Assembly: GCF_964204645.1 (NCBI RefSeq)
Contig: NC_134028.1
Coordinates: 14,205,653 to 14,269,652 of the forward strand
Source: Tubulanus polymorphus
Lineage: Eukaryota > Animalia > Nemertea
Reading direction: 5' to 3'
Length of the DNA stretch: 64,000 nucleotides
A model generated the notes under the pieces. The model was not told the origin of the DNA, made no database searches, and was given only the letters and a program-made list of their open reading frames with translations. Position 1 is the first letter of the stretch. The number at the start of each line of letters is the position of its first letter. Positions 23,543 through 36,554 of the stretch are shown piece by piece. The translations under genes and the position numbers were made by a program.

Positions 23543-24868
23543 TTAAAATTTAAAATATAATATTCCTCCTATTACAATTCCTCTACAAGTTAAAGCTAAT
23601 TTAGCATTTTCATGGGATTTATTATCATTATCAGTTTTAATTATATCATGTTGAATATTATCACTTTTAATATTTTCTGATGTATTTTAATCTTTTATTT
23701 TAGAATCATTATTTAATTTAATATTCTTAGTTTTAGTTTCTGTTGATTGAATATGTTTTTTATTTTTTTCACCTTCCATTAATTTTGGAGCAGTAATAAT
23801 CTTTTTATTTATATCATTTAATCCAAATGAATTATTTATTGTTGCAGTTTTAATTAGATTATTATAACCAATTATGTTTCCCATTTTTAATACTAAATCA
23901 TTAGAAATAATTAATAGATTAGGGCCTATACAATATTTTAATCTAATATGTGATTTATCTAAATAATTTTGATATCTTACAATGTTTTCTAGAATCGATC
24001 TATTTCTATCATTATGAATTGAGTCTTCAAATAATACTTTGAATTGTTTCTGCGCATCAAATGAAGTGTTATCATTTCCAACTATTGGTGATCTTGTTTC
24101 AGCTTGTGCACCTAAAATACATATCAAATAAGTTCTAATAGATTGATTTATTCTTTGTATTCCAGCTTTAGTAAAACCTTCACTATTTTCTAAAATGAAA
24201 TTAACCCAACCTTTATTGTTTTGTTGTTGTATATTATTATAATATTTTGGTAATTCATTCCAATTTAGTGTTCTTATATCTGAATTTGTCATTATTTTTC
24301 CAAATTCTTTAGTATATAATATTCCTAATCCGCCCATTGTACCAATTTTTGTTCTAAAATCTTTATTTGAATTAATATTAAATTCATTACATATTTTATA
24401 AAACTTAGAAAAATTAATACTATTATTCAATTCTTAAAAATATTTTGAACCTGGTAAAGGACATTCTAATTCATCTATTAATTTTATTTGAAAATATGTA
24501 TGAAATCTAAAAAATGATAACATCAATGGTAAACTTGGTTTGTTTAAATGATCATTCCAACTTATTCCACATCCTGTTGTTGCGCAATAAACAGCAAAAT
24601 TTAATAGGTGCTGCCAATACTGCATATTAGATTTTAATAACCATTGTTTTGACTTTGATTTTTAAAATTAATTTCATAAACATTGAATATATTTTCCATC
24701 TTTACATGAAAATTATTACTTTCAGTAACATAAATATATAAATCAATTAATGAATTTAAAACTTCATTTCTATATGAAATATCTTTATTAAAATCTATTA
24801 AAATCTATTGCTGGAATATTATATTTAATTGATTTATTATATTGGAAAGCTTTTGGAAAATCTGCCAT
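23543..24868 (-). pseudogene. Conserved ~430-aa Polinton protein with C-terminal TM segment, disrupted
   Basis: LNFAVYCATTGCGISWNDHL and GIQRINQSIRTYLICILGAQ motifs shared with the copies in C and D. Confidence 0.75.
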
Positions 24869-25594
24869 TTATATAATTAAAAAATTTAATTAATAATTAA
24901 TAATTTATCTTGTTCTTCAACTGTTATATGACCATTTAAATTTATTATATAATCTAGTGTATTCTTTAATTTATTAATTTCTTTTATATTAGTGCCCGTA
25001 AACCTGTCAGACACGCGAACGCCGGACTCGTAAACTCTTGGACTCGGACCCGCTGAGCAATAAATTCATAAAATTGACTTTGAAATTGATTGTGGAGAAG
25101 AGAGGGAATTATTCGATAGCTCTTCCTCGAAAAGAAGAGAGAAATATCGGAAAGAAAACACAAGATGGCTACTAATTGAACGGGGCCAAATTTCCGATGT
25201 TCCGAAGTGATGGGTAAAAATCAACGTGTGACAGAAAAAAATGTAGTTAATTATCTTACAATATCGAAATATGTGCTCTCTTTTTAAACTAAATGGAGTG
25301 ATACGCAATTAATCACATGGCCTGTATTAAAAGATAGAACATTCAAGTTGGATATTTATAAGTCGAAACATGTGAACAGAAACTAAAACTTTGATGTCAG
25401 TGACCAGTATGGAATTACACAACGACAATTGGCTTTAAACTCAACAAACATTATTAAAGAATGTTTCAAACAAAATGATTTATATAACGACATGAATAAA
25501 CTTGTTTTACAAAACAAGAAAGTACATTTTGAACTTTTGAATGGTCGAATCCCATTTATTCACAGTAACCTGTGATGTGGCGATTCTCGGAGCC

Positions 25595-25715
25595 CTCCTT
25601 CTTGATGACGTCACTAACAAGTGGTCACGGCCGTACGCGTGCACTCATTTCTTTGAAAATCTAGCTTCCTCGCGGAGCGGAGCCTGGTGACGCTGCGCCC
25701 CGCCCCCTTCGCGCT
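25595..25715. promoter_or_regulatory. Possible Pol II promoter: CpG-rich patch with CRE and GC box
   Basis: TGACGTCA at 25606-25613 and GCCCCGCCCC at ~25697 in a locally GC-rich island. Confidence 0.35.
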
Positions 25716-26419
25716 ACGAAATATCTTATTTCCAGTCAGCAGAGACAGGTTCTAAAGATCATAGAGTGCATCGCTGGAAGGTTTCCGATCCATATAACTG
25801 AATTTGAATTGGTGCGGTGGCGCTCTCAATGCGGAAGTTTTTTTCATTCCGAATTTTTCAGTCGACGACGGACGTTTATCGTTGTAAGTGATGTAATATG
25901 TAAAAAGATACAGGGAAACCTATCTCAATTTGTTTTTAGCGATGCAGCGGAACTAATAAGGAACATTTTGATATATAACATGACCATAGTACACTACTAT
26001 TCCTGATGGAATAATAAGCTCCACTTGACAAACTTAACAAAGTTAATGCTGCATCTATATCATGAAACCTAAGAAAGATTATTCTATTATTTAGGCCTAT
26101 TCAAATTTTCTGTCCACTACCACGTGGAAAAAAGACCCAGTCAAAATTGTGCATCACGCCTTGACGAAGAAATTGGTTCTAGGCTATAAATTTTACGACT
26201 CAAACGAATCTTTCCCTCAACAAAGCCGCTTTTAGTTTGAAGCAAAATGTCATTTGCTTTTAAAATGTGTAACTAGGCCTAATCAAAAGGATATTTCAAA
26301 AGCAAACTATGCCGGGCCAAGAGCCATATTGAATTCAATTTTTTCCGAACCATTATGCCTCTTTCATCATTACATTGTTTATCCTATTTTAAGATCTTAG
26401 GCCTACAAGTAGAGAGAGG

Positions 26420-26940
26420 GACTACGTTGGGTTCAAATCGGAATTTTAAGATTTATTTCATTTAATTTCAGGTTTTCACTGTAGATTGGCGTTGTGGGAG
26501 TTCATAGTTGTTTGATAATCCATCATTAGTAAGTGTAAGGCTATTTGAGGGATTCGAAACCGACATTTTGTAAATTTTGTAGCTTTATTACGTTTAATTC
26601 CAGATGTTTATCATGACACGTTTCATTTTGGGGGTTTGTCAGCGAGTTGGTATGCTGTCGGCAGAAGTAGTTTGATAATTCGTTTCATGTAAGTAAATAG
26701 CTATTTGAAGGATTCGAAACCGAAATCTGTATGGTGAATTTTTTAGTTGTATTTTGTTTGATTCTAGGTGAATAGGACGTGATTCATTTTGGGAGTTTGT
26801 CCGCGAGTTTGTATACTGTCAAATTAAGTTTCTTCGTCAATTTGTCGTATGTAAGTATCAATCTATAGGTTATATATTAGGGGTTCGATACAGAAATTCG
26901 GTGAATTCCTCAGATATATTTTAATTTATTCCAGGTTGTT
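26420..26940 (+). repeat. Degenerate ~160-bp tandem repeats with intron-like GTAAGT...YAG segments
   Basis: GTAAGT at 26529, 26689 and 26851; T-rich YAG ends at 26603, 26767 and 26934; shared GG(A/G)TTCGA(A/T)AC motif. Confidence 0.55.
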
Positions 26941-28203
26941 ATCAGAAAAATATGTACTTTATTTCATAGGTTGGTCTTTGATTGAAAACTAAAAATGGAT
27001 GATAGTTCTAAATTTGATGTTGATTCACATGACCAATCTAGTAAGTATGGCTCACTCGTCTTTTAGAATGAGAGACCTATTGCATTAATCTTTAATTCAA
27101 GTTGCTATACAACCTTTTTATACAGATATTTACCTTATCAATATAAACATGTATTTGCCATTAGCCATACAATTCAGTAAAACTTTTCCCGTCCAGATTT
27201 TGAAACATCATTTGACTCAATTTTTCCTCCTAGAAAATTGCTTTAGCTCGTTCCAATGTTCGCAGTAAAAGTGAATTGTAGCATGTATGATTCCCATCCA
27301 TCAATTTTGTCTTGTTTCGTATTTTTAGCGAAAATCTCGATGGTGGCCAGATGGTGGCCAGAAAAAGACATATTCTTGGGAAATATTTAAAGACGCATGG
27401 CAAACACACTTATTGTTCACTTTTTTCCTCTCCTTATTTTGAAATTGAAGTATTGTAATAAAATATTGATTTATTTTTGTTGATCAACGGAACTAGTTTC
27501 GTTGTTTTCTTTCTTAATTTACATTTGAATTGGATGGTCATCTTGCGTAGTAGTCAGTTTGTCATCGAAGCAATACAGTCTAACTTGTTGACGTCTCAGA
27601 TGCAGCGGGGCAGGGCGGTCATTATATTGTGGACTTATCCAAATTACACTTACACAGCCCAACGTGTTTCAGTGTGTAAACTCCGACGTACTCGGCATTA
27701 TAAGACAGCGAGGAATTGAGTTTTAGTCATCTGAGCCCTCGGCTTGATTCGACCAAAAAGACCTTAACTGACTTCACAGAATTTGATTATGAGTCAAGGA
27801 TTTTCTAAATTTCTGAATGTTTTCTCTGGTTTTAAGATCAATTCAAATTCAATCTTCAAAATATTTTATTGAAAGAAATTTTACTGAAGACAGATTTTGA
27901 TATATGATAAGGATATATCTAGGCAAATAATCACAGCAAAATCAACTGATGATCATCAAGGTGAAGTTTTCATTCATCTTCGGCTAATTTGTCTACCCCT
28001 CATGATTGAAGCATTTTGGTTACTCGCGCCAATTAGTCAGCCACAGTCGATTTTCATGCCATCTGACCTCTTTCTGTAATTAAGCAATCAAATGTAAGAA
28101 TTACTTAGGTAAGGAGCGAAATAATATATAGATATCTTAGGAGACTATTTGAAATCATGAGTTTGTTGTGAAAATCTATTACTACAGTCTCGTAGAGCAT
28201 AGA

Positions 28204-28597
28204 AGTAATAGGGAATATGTTGTTTCAGATCAAAGGTCGAACGGTCGAGTTCATTAAAAACAAAACATTAAAAGTAATTTAAAACTATAATATATTTTCA
28301 TAACCGTGTGCATTTTATATTAAAACTAAATATTTATTCTAAGATATCAATAATTTAAAAAGCATATTGTATTAAATCAATTGGTCGCTCCACTTCGCTA
28401 CCGCTCCGCTCCGCGACCAATTGATTTATTTACAATACACACATTCATATAATCAAATATATTCAAATAATAATAATATTCAACTGAAATTCACACGGTT
28501 ATGAAAATATATTATAGTTTTAAATTACTTTTAATATTTGTTATTAATGAACTCGACCATTCAACCTTTAACCTGAAACAACATATTCCCTATTACT
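28204..28597. repeat. Left terminal fold-back (394 bp) of element C
   Basis: AGTAATAGGGAATATGTTGTTTCAG...CTGAAACAACATATTCCCTATTACT. Confidence 0.95.
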
Positions 28598-28676
28598 CAT
28601 AAAATATTCATATATATGAATAAAATATAAATGAATAACTTCTAAAATCAATTTTAATAAAAAATTTGATATTAAA

Positions 28677-31600
28677 ATGGAAGCAAATAAGTACTACTGC
28701 CCAACATGTAAAATCAATATAGATAAATCCCAAAAAGCAAGACACAATAAAACTAAAACACATTTAGAGAATAAATTGAAACTAGAATATAAAGATGATA
28801 TATTAGAAACTAAATTAGATGAATTAAAGAATGAAAAAAGAATGAAGAAACATATAAATGTGATACATGATAAAAGATATTATAAAGAACATTTAAAATC
28901 TAAAAGTCATATTAGAAATATGAATAATGATATTTTAGGTGAAGATTATTTTGATAATGATAATGATAAGAAACATAAGACAATTAAAAGAATAAGAAAT
29001 AAATTAAACAATAAAAGACCATACATGGAAGATGTAAGAAATTATATTAATTCATTAGATAATAAAAAAGATATAGAGATAACCGAAGCATTCAAAAGTG
29101 ATATTGGCCCAGCAGCTATCGAGTTTAAATTTCATAAAGGAAAAACATTAGAAGAAAATAAAAAACATTTAGAAAATATGAAAGAAATAATAAAAATAAT
29201 AACTGATGTTGAATATCCTAAAATTAGTATATCTTCTAATGTAAAGTTTATAAAATCTGAAGATAAACCAATATATAATATAAATTCTCATTCACAACAT
29301 ATTATTTCAAAACAACATATAGATGATAAATTAGATAAATGTTATAATGAAGTAAAAACTAAAATAGAAGAGAAATATTTTGAAGGATCTGGTTTAATAT
29401 TTGATGAAATAATATTTATGACTTTACATGTTTATAACACAAAATTATAATAAGTTAACTAAATCAAAACCAATAGATGAAAATAATGTATCATATTATA
29501 AAGATGATAATATTAACGATCAAGTTATATCAAATTACCATTTAAAACTAATGCTGTTATAAATGTACAAAATTCTGATGATAAATGTGTTCTATGGTCA
29601 ATAATTAGTTGCTTACATCCTGCAACTTATAATATTTGTAGATTAACTCATTATAAACCATTTGAAAATAATTATAAGATAGATAAGTATCCAGTTAGAA
29701 TTAAAAATATCCCAAAAATAGAAAGAGATAATGATTTAAGAATAAATGTATTTGATTTAATCAAATAACCAAATACAAAAGGTAACAATATTAAACATTA
29801 TACATTAGAACCTTTATATCTATCAAAAGATTATGATTCAAACGATGTTATAGATATATTATATTATGAGAATCATTACATGTGGATTAAACAAATCGAT
29901 TTATTTTTTAAATCAGAAAATGATCACACTCGTAAAATATATGTAGAAAATGTTTTCATAGATTCAGTAATGAAAGTGCATTATTAAATCATAAACAATT
30001 ATGTGAAAATCATGATTATTGTAAATTAGTTTTACCAAATGAAAAGGATAAAATATTAGAATTCAAAAAATATGATTACCAAAATAAAGTACCATTTGTA
30101 ATATATGGAGATTTTGAATCATTAAATAAAGAATTAACTGATCAAAATAGAAAAGAAATATATTATAAAAGAAAGAAATTAAATTATAATGAAAATGATT
30201 TTTCAGATGAACCACCAAAAACAAATACAATTAAAAAGTTTCATCAATCAGCTGCAGCTTTCGGATTATATATCAAATCTGATTATCCAGAACTAATTGA
30301 AAGTGAATATTATCATTATAGAAATGAAAATGTTATCAATCATTTTTGTGACTTATTAATTGAATATGAAATAAGATTTAGTAAATTATTGAATACAAAT
30401 ATAGAAATTATAATGACAGAAGAAGATAAAGAAGCATTTGCGTTTGCAGATAAATGCTATTATTGTGAAAAGATATTTAATTATAAAGATAAAAAAGTAA
30501 GAGACCATGATCATTTGAATGGAAAGTTTAGAGGCGCTGCACATGAGAATTGTAACTTACAAGCTAAGAAAATTAATTTTGTACCAGTTATATTTCATAA
30601 TCTATCAGGATATGATGCATATTTATTCATCAAACAGTTATGTCATAAAATAGAAGAAATTAATAATGAAATAGAAAGATTAAATTCAAATAGATCAAAA
30701 GATAAAATACCAACTTATAAATTTAGAATGTTAGCTAAAACATCTGAGAATTATATATCATTCCAATTTGGGTGTTTAAGATTTATAGATTCATATAGAT
30801 TTTTAAATAGTTCATTAGATAACTTATCAAAATCATTAGTTGATGATGAATTAAAAATATTAAAACAACACTACCCAAATAATGATGATTTCCAATTAAT
30901 GAGATATAAAGGCGCAATTCCATATTCATTTTATAAATCACATAATGATTTTAACATAACTGAATTATTAAAAGAACAATTCTATGATGACTTAAAAAAT
31001 GAATATGTTAAAGATGAAGTATATAATAGAACATTGAATATTTGGAATCATTTCAAAATAGAAAATCATGGACAATTAGTAGATTTATATTTAAAATCAG
31101 ATGTATTATTATTAACCGATATATTCGAAAAGTTTAGAGATGTAAACCTAAAATATTTTAACATTGATCCTTGTCATTGTTATTCATCACCAGGTTTAAC
31201 ATGGGATTGTGGATTAAAATTTACAGATATAAAAATGGATTTGTTAACAAATATAGATCAATTACTATTATTTGAAAAATCTATAAGAGGAGGAGTTTCG
31301 GGTGTATTAGGTGATAGATATTTCAATGTAAATGATGAAGGATATAAGTTATTATATATAGGTGCAAATAATTTGTATGGTTGGGCAATGATGGAACCAC
31401 AACCTTATGGAGTATTTGAATTAACTGAAGTTTTACAGAATGAAAATAATGATAAATTTGATTGGAAGAAAAGAATTCTAGATATTGCAGATGATTCAGA
31501 TACTGGATACTTCTTTGTTGTAGATTTAGAATATCCTGAAGATAAAAAATTTAAATCTAGAAATCTAGCTTACTGTCCCGAACATAAAACTGTAACTCAT

Positions 31601-32693
31601 GAAGAATTATCAAATTACCAAAAAAGAATTAAACCCGAAAATCATATTCATACAGAAAAGTTAATGGTAACTCAAGAAGATAAATATAATTATGTAGTAC
31701 ATTATAGAATGTTAAAGTTTTATTTGAATCAAGGAATGATTATAAAAAAGTACATAGATATATTTCGTTCAGTCAATCTAAATGGTTAGAAAATATATAG
31801 ATTTTACCACCAAACAGAGAACTGAAGCTAAAACTGATTTCGAGAAAGATTTCTTCAAGTTAATGAATAATGCATTCTATGGTAAGACTTGTGAAAATAT
31901 TAGAAATAGAAATGATATTGAGTTAGTTAGTAATGGTAAAAGAATTAGACATTTACAATCATATCCTAAGTTCATTGGTAACAGAATATTTGATGAAAAT
32001 TTAGCTGCAGTTAAGATGAGAAGAACATCAATGAAATTTAATAAACCAATCTATGTTGGCGCTTCAGTTTTAGAATTATCAAAATTACTAATGTATGAAT
32101 TTTATTATAATAGAATTACAACCACTTTTTGGAGAAAAACATATAGAAATATTATATTTTGATACCGATTCTTACATATTAAAGATAAAAACTGATAACA
32201 TAACAGATGATTTAAAAACATTAAAACATCATTTTGATTTCAGTAACTATCCTAAAAATCATGAATTGTTTAGCAATGAAAATAAAAAAGTTCCAGGGAA
32301 GTTTAAGGATGAATTAGGTGGTGAAGAAATGATTGAATTCATTGGTATTAGATCTAAAATGTATTCATATAAAACTAAAGAACATGAAGCTAAAAAGTTA
32401 AAAGGAATAACCAAAAGTGTAGTAGAAAAGAATATTCATTTAAAAGATTACATCAATTGTATATTCAATGAAGAAGTTAGAAAACATAGGATGAGATGTT
32501 TAAGATCTGAAGATCATGAAATGTTTATTGAAGAAATTGAAAAGATAAGTCTAAACCCATTTGATGATAAAAGATATATTTTAGATGATGGAATTCATAC
32601 AGTTGCTTATGGTTGCAATTTAGATGAATACTTAAAATTTAAAAGAGAAGAAACAAGGAGAACGAGATAATGAAAAGAATTCTAACGTGTTAA
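28677..32693 (+). pseudogene. polB: Protein-primed-type family B DNA polymerase polyprotein (N-terminal zinc fingers, EndoVII-like insert), fragmented
   Basis: ExoI VIYGDFES, VIFHNLSGYD, RFIDSYRF, YLKSDVLLL; Pol motifs ANNLYGWAM, KLMNNAFYGK, YFDTDS; CYYC...VRDHDHLNGKFRGAAHENCN insert. Confidence 0.95.
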
Positions 32694-32722
32694 TCAAATT
32701 TTAATAAAAATATGTATTATAA

Positions 32723-33076
32723 ATGGAGAGTAAACAAACACACAGTGAGAACAACAAATTATTTCTAGATAGAATAAAAGATACTACAAATGTAAAATCT
32801 GTAGATTATAAATTCAAAAAGTTAACAGAATTAACAATTCATAAGAAATATCTAATTACAAATATTGATACAGTTACTAATAACTATGGAGATAAATTAG
32901 TTATACACTTAGAATATGAAGGATTAAAAGGAAATACAAATAAATTCAGAACATATTTACCAGATAGATTTCATAGATCATCAAGTGAAGACCTAGAAGA
33001 ATTATGTTCTGGAGATTTCTATTTCGTATACAAAGGTAAGAATGAAAAAGGGCACCATGAAATAGATTTCGAATAA
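32723..33076 (+). CDS. 117-aa conserved protein directly downstream of PolB (possibly OB-fold ssDNA-binding)
   Basis: KKLTEL..KYLI...NYGDKLVIHL...TYLPDRF pattern; the function is inferred only. Confidence 0.55.
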   Translation: MESKQTHSENNKLFLDRIKDTTNVKSVDYKFKKLTELTIHKKYLITNIDTVTNNYGDKLVIHLEYEGLKGNTNKFRTYLPDRFHRSSSEDLEELCSGDFYFVYKGKNEKGHHEIDFE

Positions 33077-33093
33077 GAAAATATGTAAAATAA

Positions 33094-33838
33094 ATGGCGG
33101 AATTAAAAGAATACAGAATATTTGCTTACAAATTATAAATCTCATAATTTACTAGTACAATTAGATAGAGAATTTAGGAATTGTGTAGATTCAAAATTAG
33201 TTAATATAAGTTTATGTAATTCTTTTTATAATGTATCGGATAAAACTATTGAACATAGAGTCTTTTTAATTCATGATAGAAATAAAAGTAAATGGTTTCA
33301 TCTTTATCTTAAACCAGGATTATATAATTTAGAAACATTAGCTCAAGAAATTAATAAAAGAGCTCGGTTGAAAATGGGTGCATCTGCTGGATTTGGTTTA
33401 AGACTTATTAAAAGTGATAGCTCTGATAAAATAAGAATAAAATTAGGCAATGAAGATCAACATCAATTTCTAGTTAAAAAACCTTTAGCTAACATTTTAG
33501 GAATAACCCCAGATGTAAGGATACGCAATGCTGATGCTACACCAAATATAATGCCTTTTACACACTTTTATATTTATTGCAATTTAATCGATCCTACAAA
33601 AACATTCGAAGCAACTAAAGATATAACTTGTAATTCTGGTTTACTAAACATTTTACCATTGAAGAATGTTAAAGAATTTGGAACGCAAATAAATTATAAT
33701 TTAACAGAATGTGATTTCAAACCATGCATTCCTAAATTTAATAATTTTAGATTAGAAATTAGAAATCACAATGGATACTTAATTGATTTAAATAATTTCC
33801 CTGTAATTTATGAATTAGTTATAAGATGTAGAGAGTAA
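33094..33838 (+). pseudogene. Minor capsid (penton-like single jelly-roll) protein, 5' frameshift
   Basis: NSFYNV, LKPGLYN, FYIYCNLID and LEIRNHNGYLIDLNNFPV motifs resemble Polinton minor capsid proteins. Confidence 0.75.
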
Positions 33839-33855
33839 TTTTTTTCACTATATAA

Positions 33856-34197
33856 ATGAATATAACTGTTGGGCCGAGTATATGTTTTGGGTTTGATTTT
33901 AAACATGGTAAAGAAATGAGAATTAAACTAAATGATGTAATTACTGATATAAAAAGTAAATCATTTAACAATGCATCAATGATTAATAAAGAAAATTATA
34001 ATATAGAAAAAGTAATTGATTTAATTAAATCACCTTTAGAATATTATGAATTAAATGAAGATGGAATTATTGATGATATTAAAAACATATTAACCAAAAT
34101 ATATGATAATCATAAAACTAGTAATGAAATAAATGTTGAATTAATCATAAATAAGTTAACTAAATATTTTGATGATAGTAATTTATTTGATAAATAA
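33856..34197 (+). CDS. 113-aa hypothetical protein
   Basis: Intact and conserved in D (51339-51680); TAAATG start. Confidence 0.7.
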   Translation: MNITVGPSICFGFDFKHGKEMRIKLNDVITDIKSKSFNNASMINKENYNIEKVIDLIKSPLEYYELNEDGIIDDIKNILTKIYDNHKTSNEINVELIINKLTKYFDDSNLFDK

Positions 34198-34419
34198 ATG
34201 AGTGATAATAAGTGGATAATAACTGGATTATATAATGGAGCATTACTATCAGTTGGAACTGTTGGTTATTCAATGGTATCAAAAAAAGTATTCCAAATGG
34301 GAAGTGTTAATGTTGATAGATTTGATATAAATGATATTTTAAAATTAACATTAGCAGTTACTTTATCTAATTTAACTATTGATTATTTGGAAAAACAAAA
34401 ATATATTCCTCCCATATAA
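34198..34419 (+). CDS. 73-aa hydrophobic protein
   Basis: Intact in both C and D; two hydrophobic/amphipathic segments. Confidence 0.75.
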   Translation: MSDNKWIITGLYNGALLSVGTVGYSMVSKKVFQMGSVNVDRFDINDILKLTLAVTLSNLTIDYLEKQKYIPPI

Positions 34420-34443
34420 ATGCATAATTTTTTTGCTAAATAA

Positions 34444-34838
34444 ATGGCTTCTGCAATTATAACTATTATAGGATCGGCAATTGTTAACGCTTTAGCATTT
34501 ACTGGTGGCGGTTATTTATATAAGCATATTGATAAAAATAGTTCATTAGGAGAACAAAGAAGACATAATTTAGCATTAGAGAAATATAATAAAGCAGCAG
34601 AAGAATATAGAGAAAAACGACAAAACTATATGGATTACATAAATAAAGAATTATATGATCAGAAGATTTCACATAGAGATTTTCAATCAGTCGATGATGC
34701 AATGAGTTTATATAACGCAGTAACAAATAAAGAAAAATTACATCTATACAAACCAATGAACAGAAGAAATATGAAATAATATGCATTTTAGGTGAAACTG
34801 TTATTGTTATATTTGTTGCTTATAAGTTTACTAATTAG
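34444..34838 (+). pseudogene. 140-aa protein with hydrophobic N- and C-termini, 3' deletion
   Basis: MASAIITIIGSAIVNALAFTGG; intact version at 51927-52349. Confidence 0.75.
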
Positions 34839-34858
34839 TAATTTTTTTTTCTAAATAA

Positions 34859-35293
34859 ATGGAAGATAAAGTTGATAATATTGATATTATTCCTCATGAT
34901 ATAAATAAAACTAAATTAAAAACATATTTAGAAAAACAAATATTAGAATTTGAAAGTGACTTAAAAGTTAAAAAGAAAAAATATTTAAATAGTAAAATTA
35001 TATATTATCTTACTATCAGTGGTTCGGTTACAATTTGTTCGGTAATAACATTTCTAGCAATATTCAGTCCATTAACACCTTTAGCTATATCAATTGGTGT
35101 ATTAGGATTAAGTTCAAGTGTTTTAACTGGTATAAGTTCAAAATTAAATATAAAAAGTAATAAAGAAAAAATTAAAACTAATATAAAAGAAATTAATAAA
35201 TTAAAGAATACACTAGATTATATAATAAGTTTAAATGGCCATATAACAGTTGAAGAACAAGATAAATTATTAAAAGAATTAGTTAATTATTAA
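34859..35293 (+). CDS. 144-aa two-TM protein
   Basis: Two adjacent hydrophobic helices flanked by coiled segments; conserved in D. Confidence 0.75.
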   Translation: MEDKVDNIDIIPHDINKTKLKTYLEKQILEFESDLKVKKKKYLNSKIIYYLTISGSVTICSVITFLAIFSPLTPLAISIGVLGLSSSVLTGISSKLNIKSNKEKIKTNIKEINKLKNTLDYIISLNGHITVEEQDKLLKELVNY

Positions 35294-35309
35294 TTTTTTA
35301 TTTATATAA

Positions 35310-36538
35310 ATGGTAGATAGTTTTCCAAAAGCTTTCCAATATAATAAATCAATTAAATATAATATTCCAGCAATAGATTTTAATAAAGATATTACATATA
35401 GAAATGAAGTTTTAGATTCATTAACTAATTTAGAAATTTTTGTTACTGAAACTAATAATTTTAATGCTAAGATGGAAAATATATTTCATGTATATTTAAT
35501 TAATTTTAGAAAATTGAAAGATGAAAAACAATGGATATTAAAATCTAATATGAAGTATTGGCTTTACCAGGATCAAGATATTTCAAAGAATTAGATAATA
35601 ATATTAATTTATCAAAGTTTTATAAAATTTGTAATGAATTTAATATAGATATAAGTAATTCTGATTTTAGAACAAAAATTGGAACAATAAGATCACTTCC
35701 TTGCCCTAAAAAGATTGCAGAATATTGTGCACTTCCCATACCATCTAATAGTTTTTATATCTATAATAATAAATTAGGTTATGGTAAAATAGAAACTAAG
35801 GATTTAGAAACATTAAATTTCAATAAATTACCGACATTTTATGATAATTTAAAACAAGAAAACAATAATGGTTGGGTTTATTTCATTTTAGAAAATAGTG
35901 AAGGTTTTACTAAATCAGGTATAGAAAGAATAAATCAATCTATTAGAACTTATTTGATATGTATTTTAGGATCGCAAGTTGAAACAAGATCCCCAATAAT
36001 TGGAAATTTAAATACATCATTTGATACACAGAAACAATTCAAAGTATTATTTAAAGATTCCATTCATAATGATAAAAATAGATCGATTCCAGAAAACATT
36101 ATAAGATATCAAAATTAATTAGATAAATCTCATGTAAGACTTAATTATTGTATAGGCCCTAATCTATTAATTATTTCTAATGATTTAGTATTAAAGATAG
36201 GAAATATAATTGGTTATAATAATCTAATTAAAACTGCAACAATAAATAATTCATTTGGATTGAATGATATAAATAAAAAGATTATTACTGCTCCAAAATT
36301 AATGGAAGGTGAAAAAAATAAAAAATACATTCAATCAACTGAAACTAAAACTAAGAATATTAAATTGGTTAATGATTCCAAAATAAAAGATTACAATACT
36401 ACAGAAAATATTAAAACTGATAATATTCAACATGATATAATTAAACTAAATGATGATAATAAATCCCATGAAAATACTAAATTAGCTTTAACTTGTATAG
36501 GAATTGTAATCGGAGGAATATTATATTTTAAATTTTAA
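35310..36538 (+). pseudogene. Conserved ~430-aa protein with C-terminal TM segment, internal deletion and stop
   Basis: Homologous to 52820-54160; lacks the CATTGCG segment because of a deletion at ~35561. Confidence 0.75.
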
Positions 36539-36554
36539 TTTTTTTATTATGTAA

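Larger units (their letters stand above)
4057..24993 (-). mobile_element. Polinton/Maverick-like element B, inverted relative to C/D, truncated (PolB end missing), with two nested insertions
   Basis: Starts AGTAATAGGGG at 4057. Gene order HNH-integrase-ATPase then ZnF-MCP-membrane genes mirrors C and D. Homology stops abruptly at ~24993 inside the 144-aa gene. Confidence 0.92.

Noticed and set aside
24990-25060. Possible hAT-like TIR (TAGTGCCCGTAAAC) at the truncation point of element B
   Set aside because: No matching inverted end, TSD or transposase found in the window.
26548-26562. tRNA or SINE suggested by B-box-like GGATTCGAAACC
   Set aside because: No A box at a suitable distance and no cloverleaf evident.
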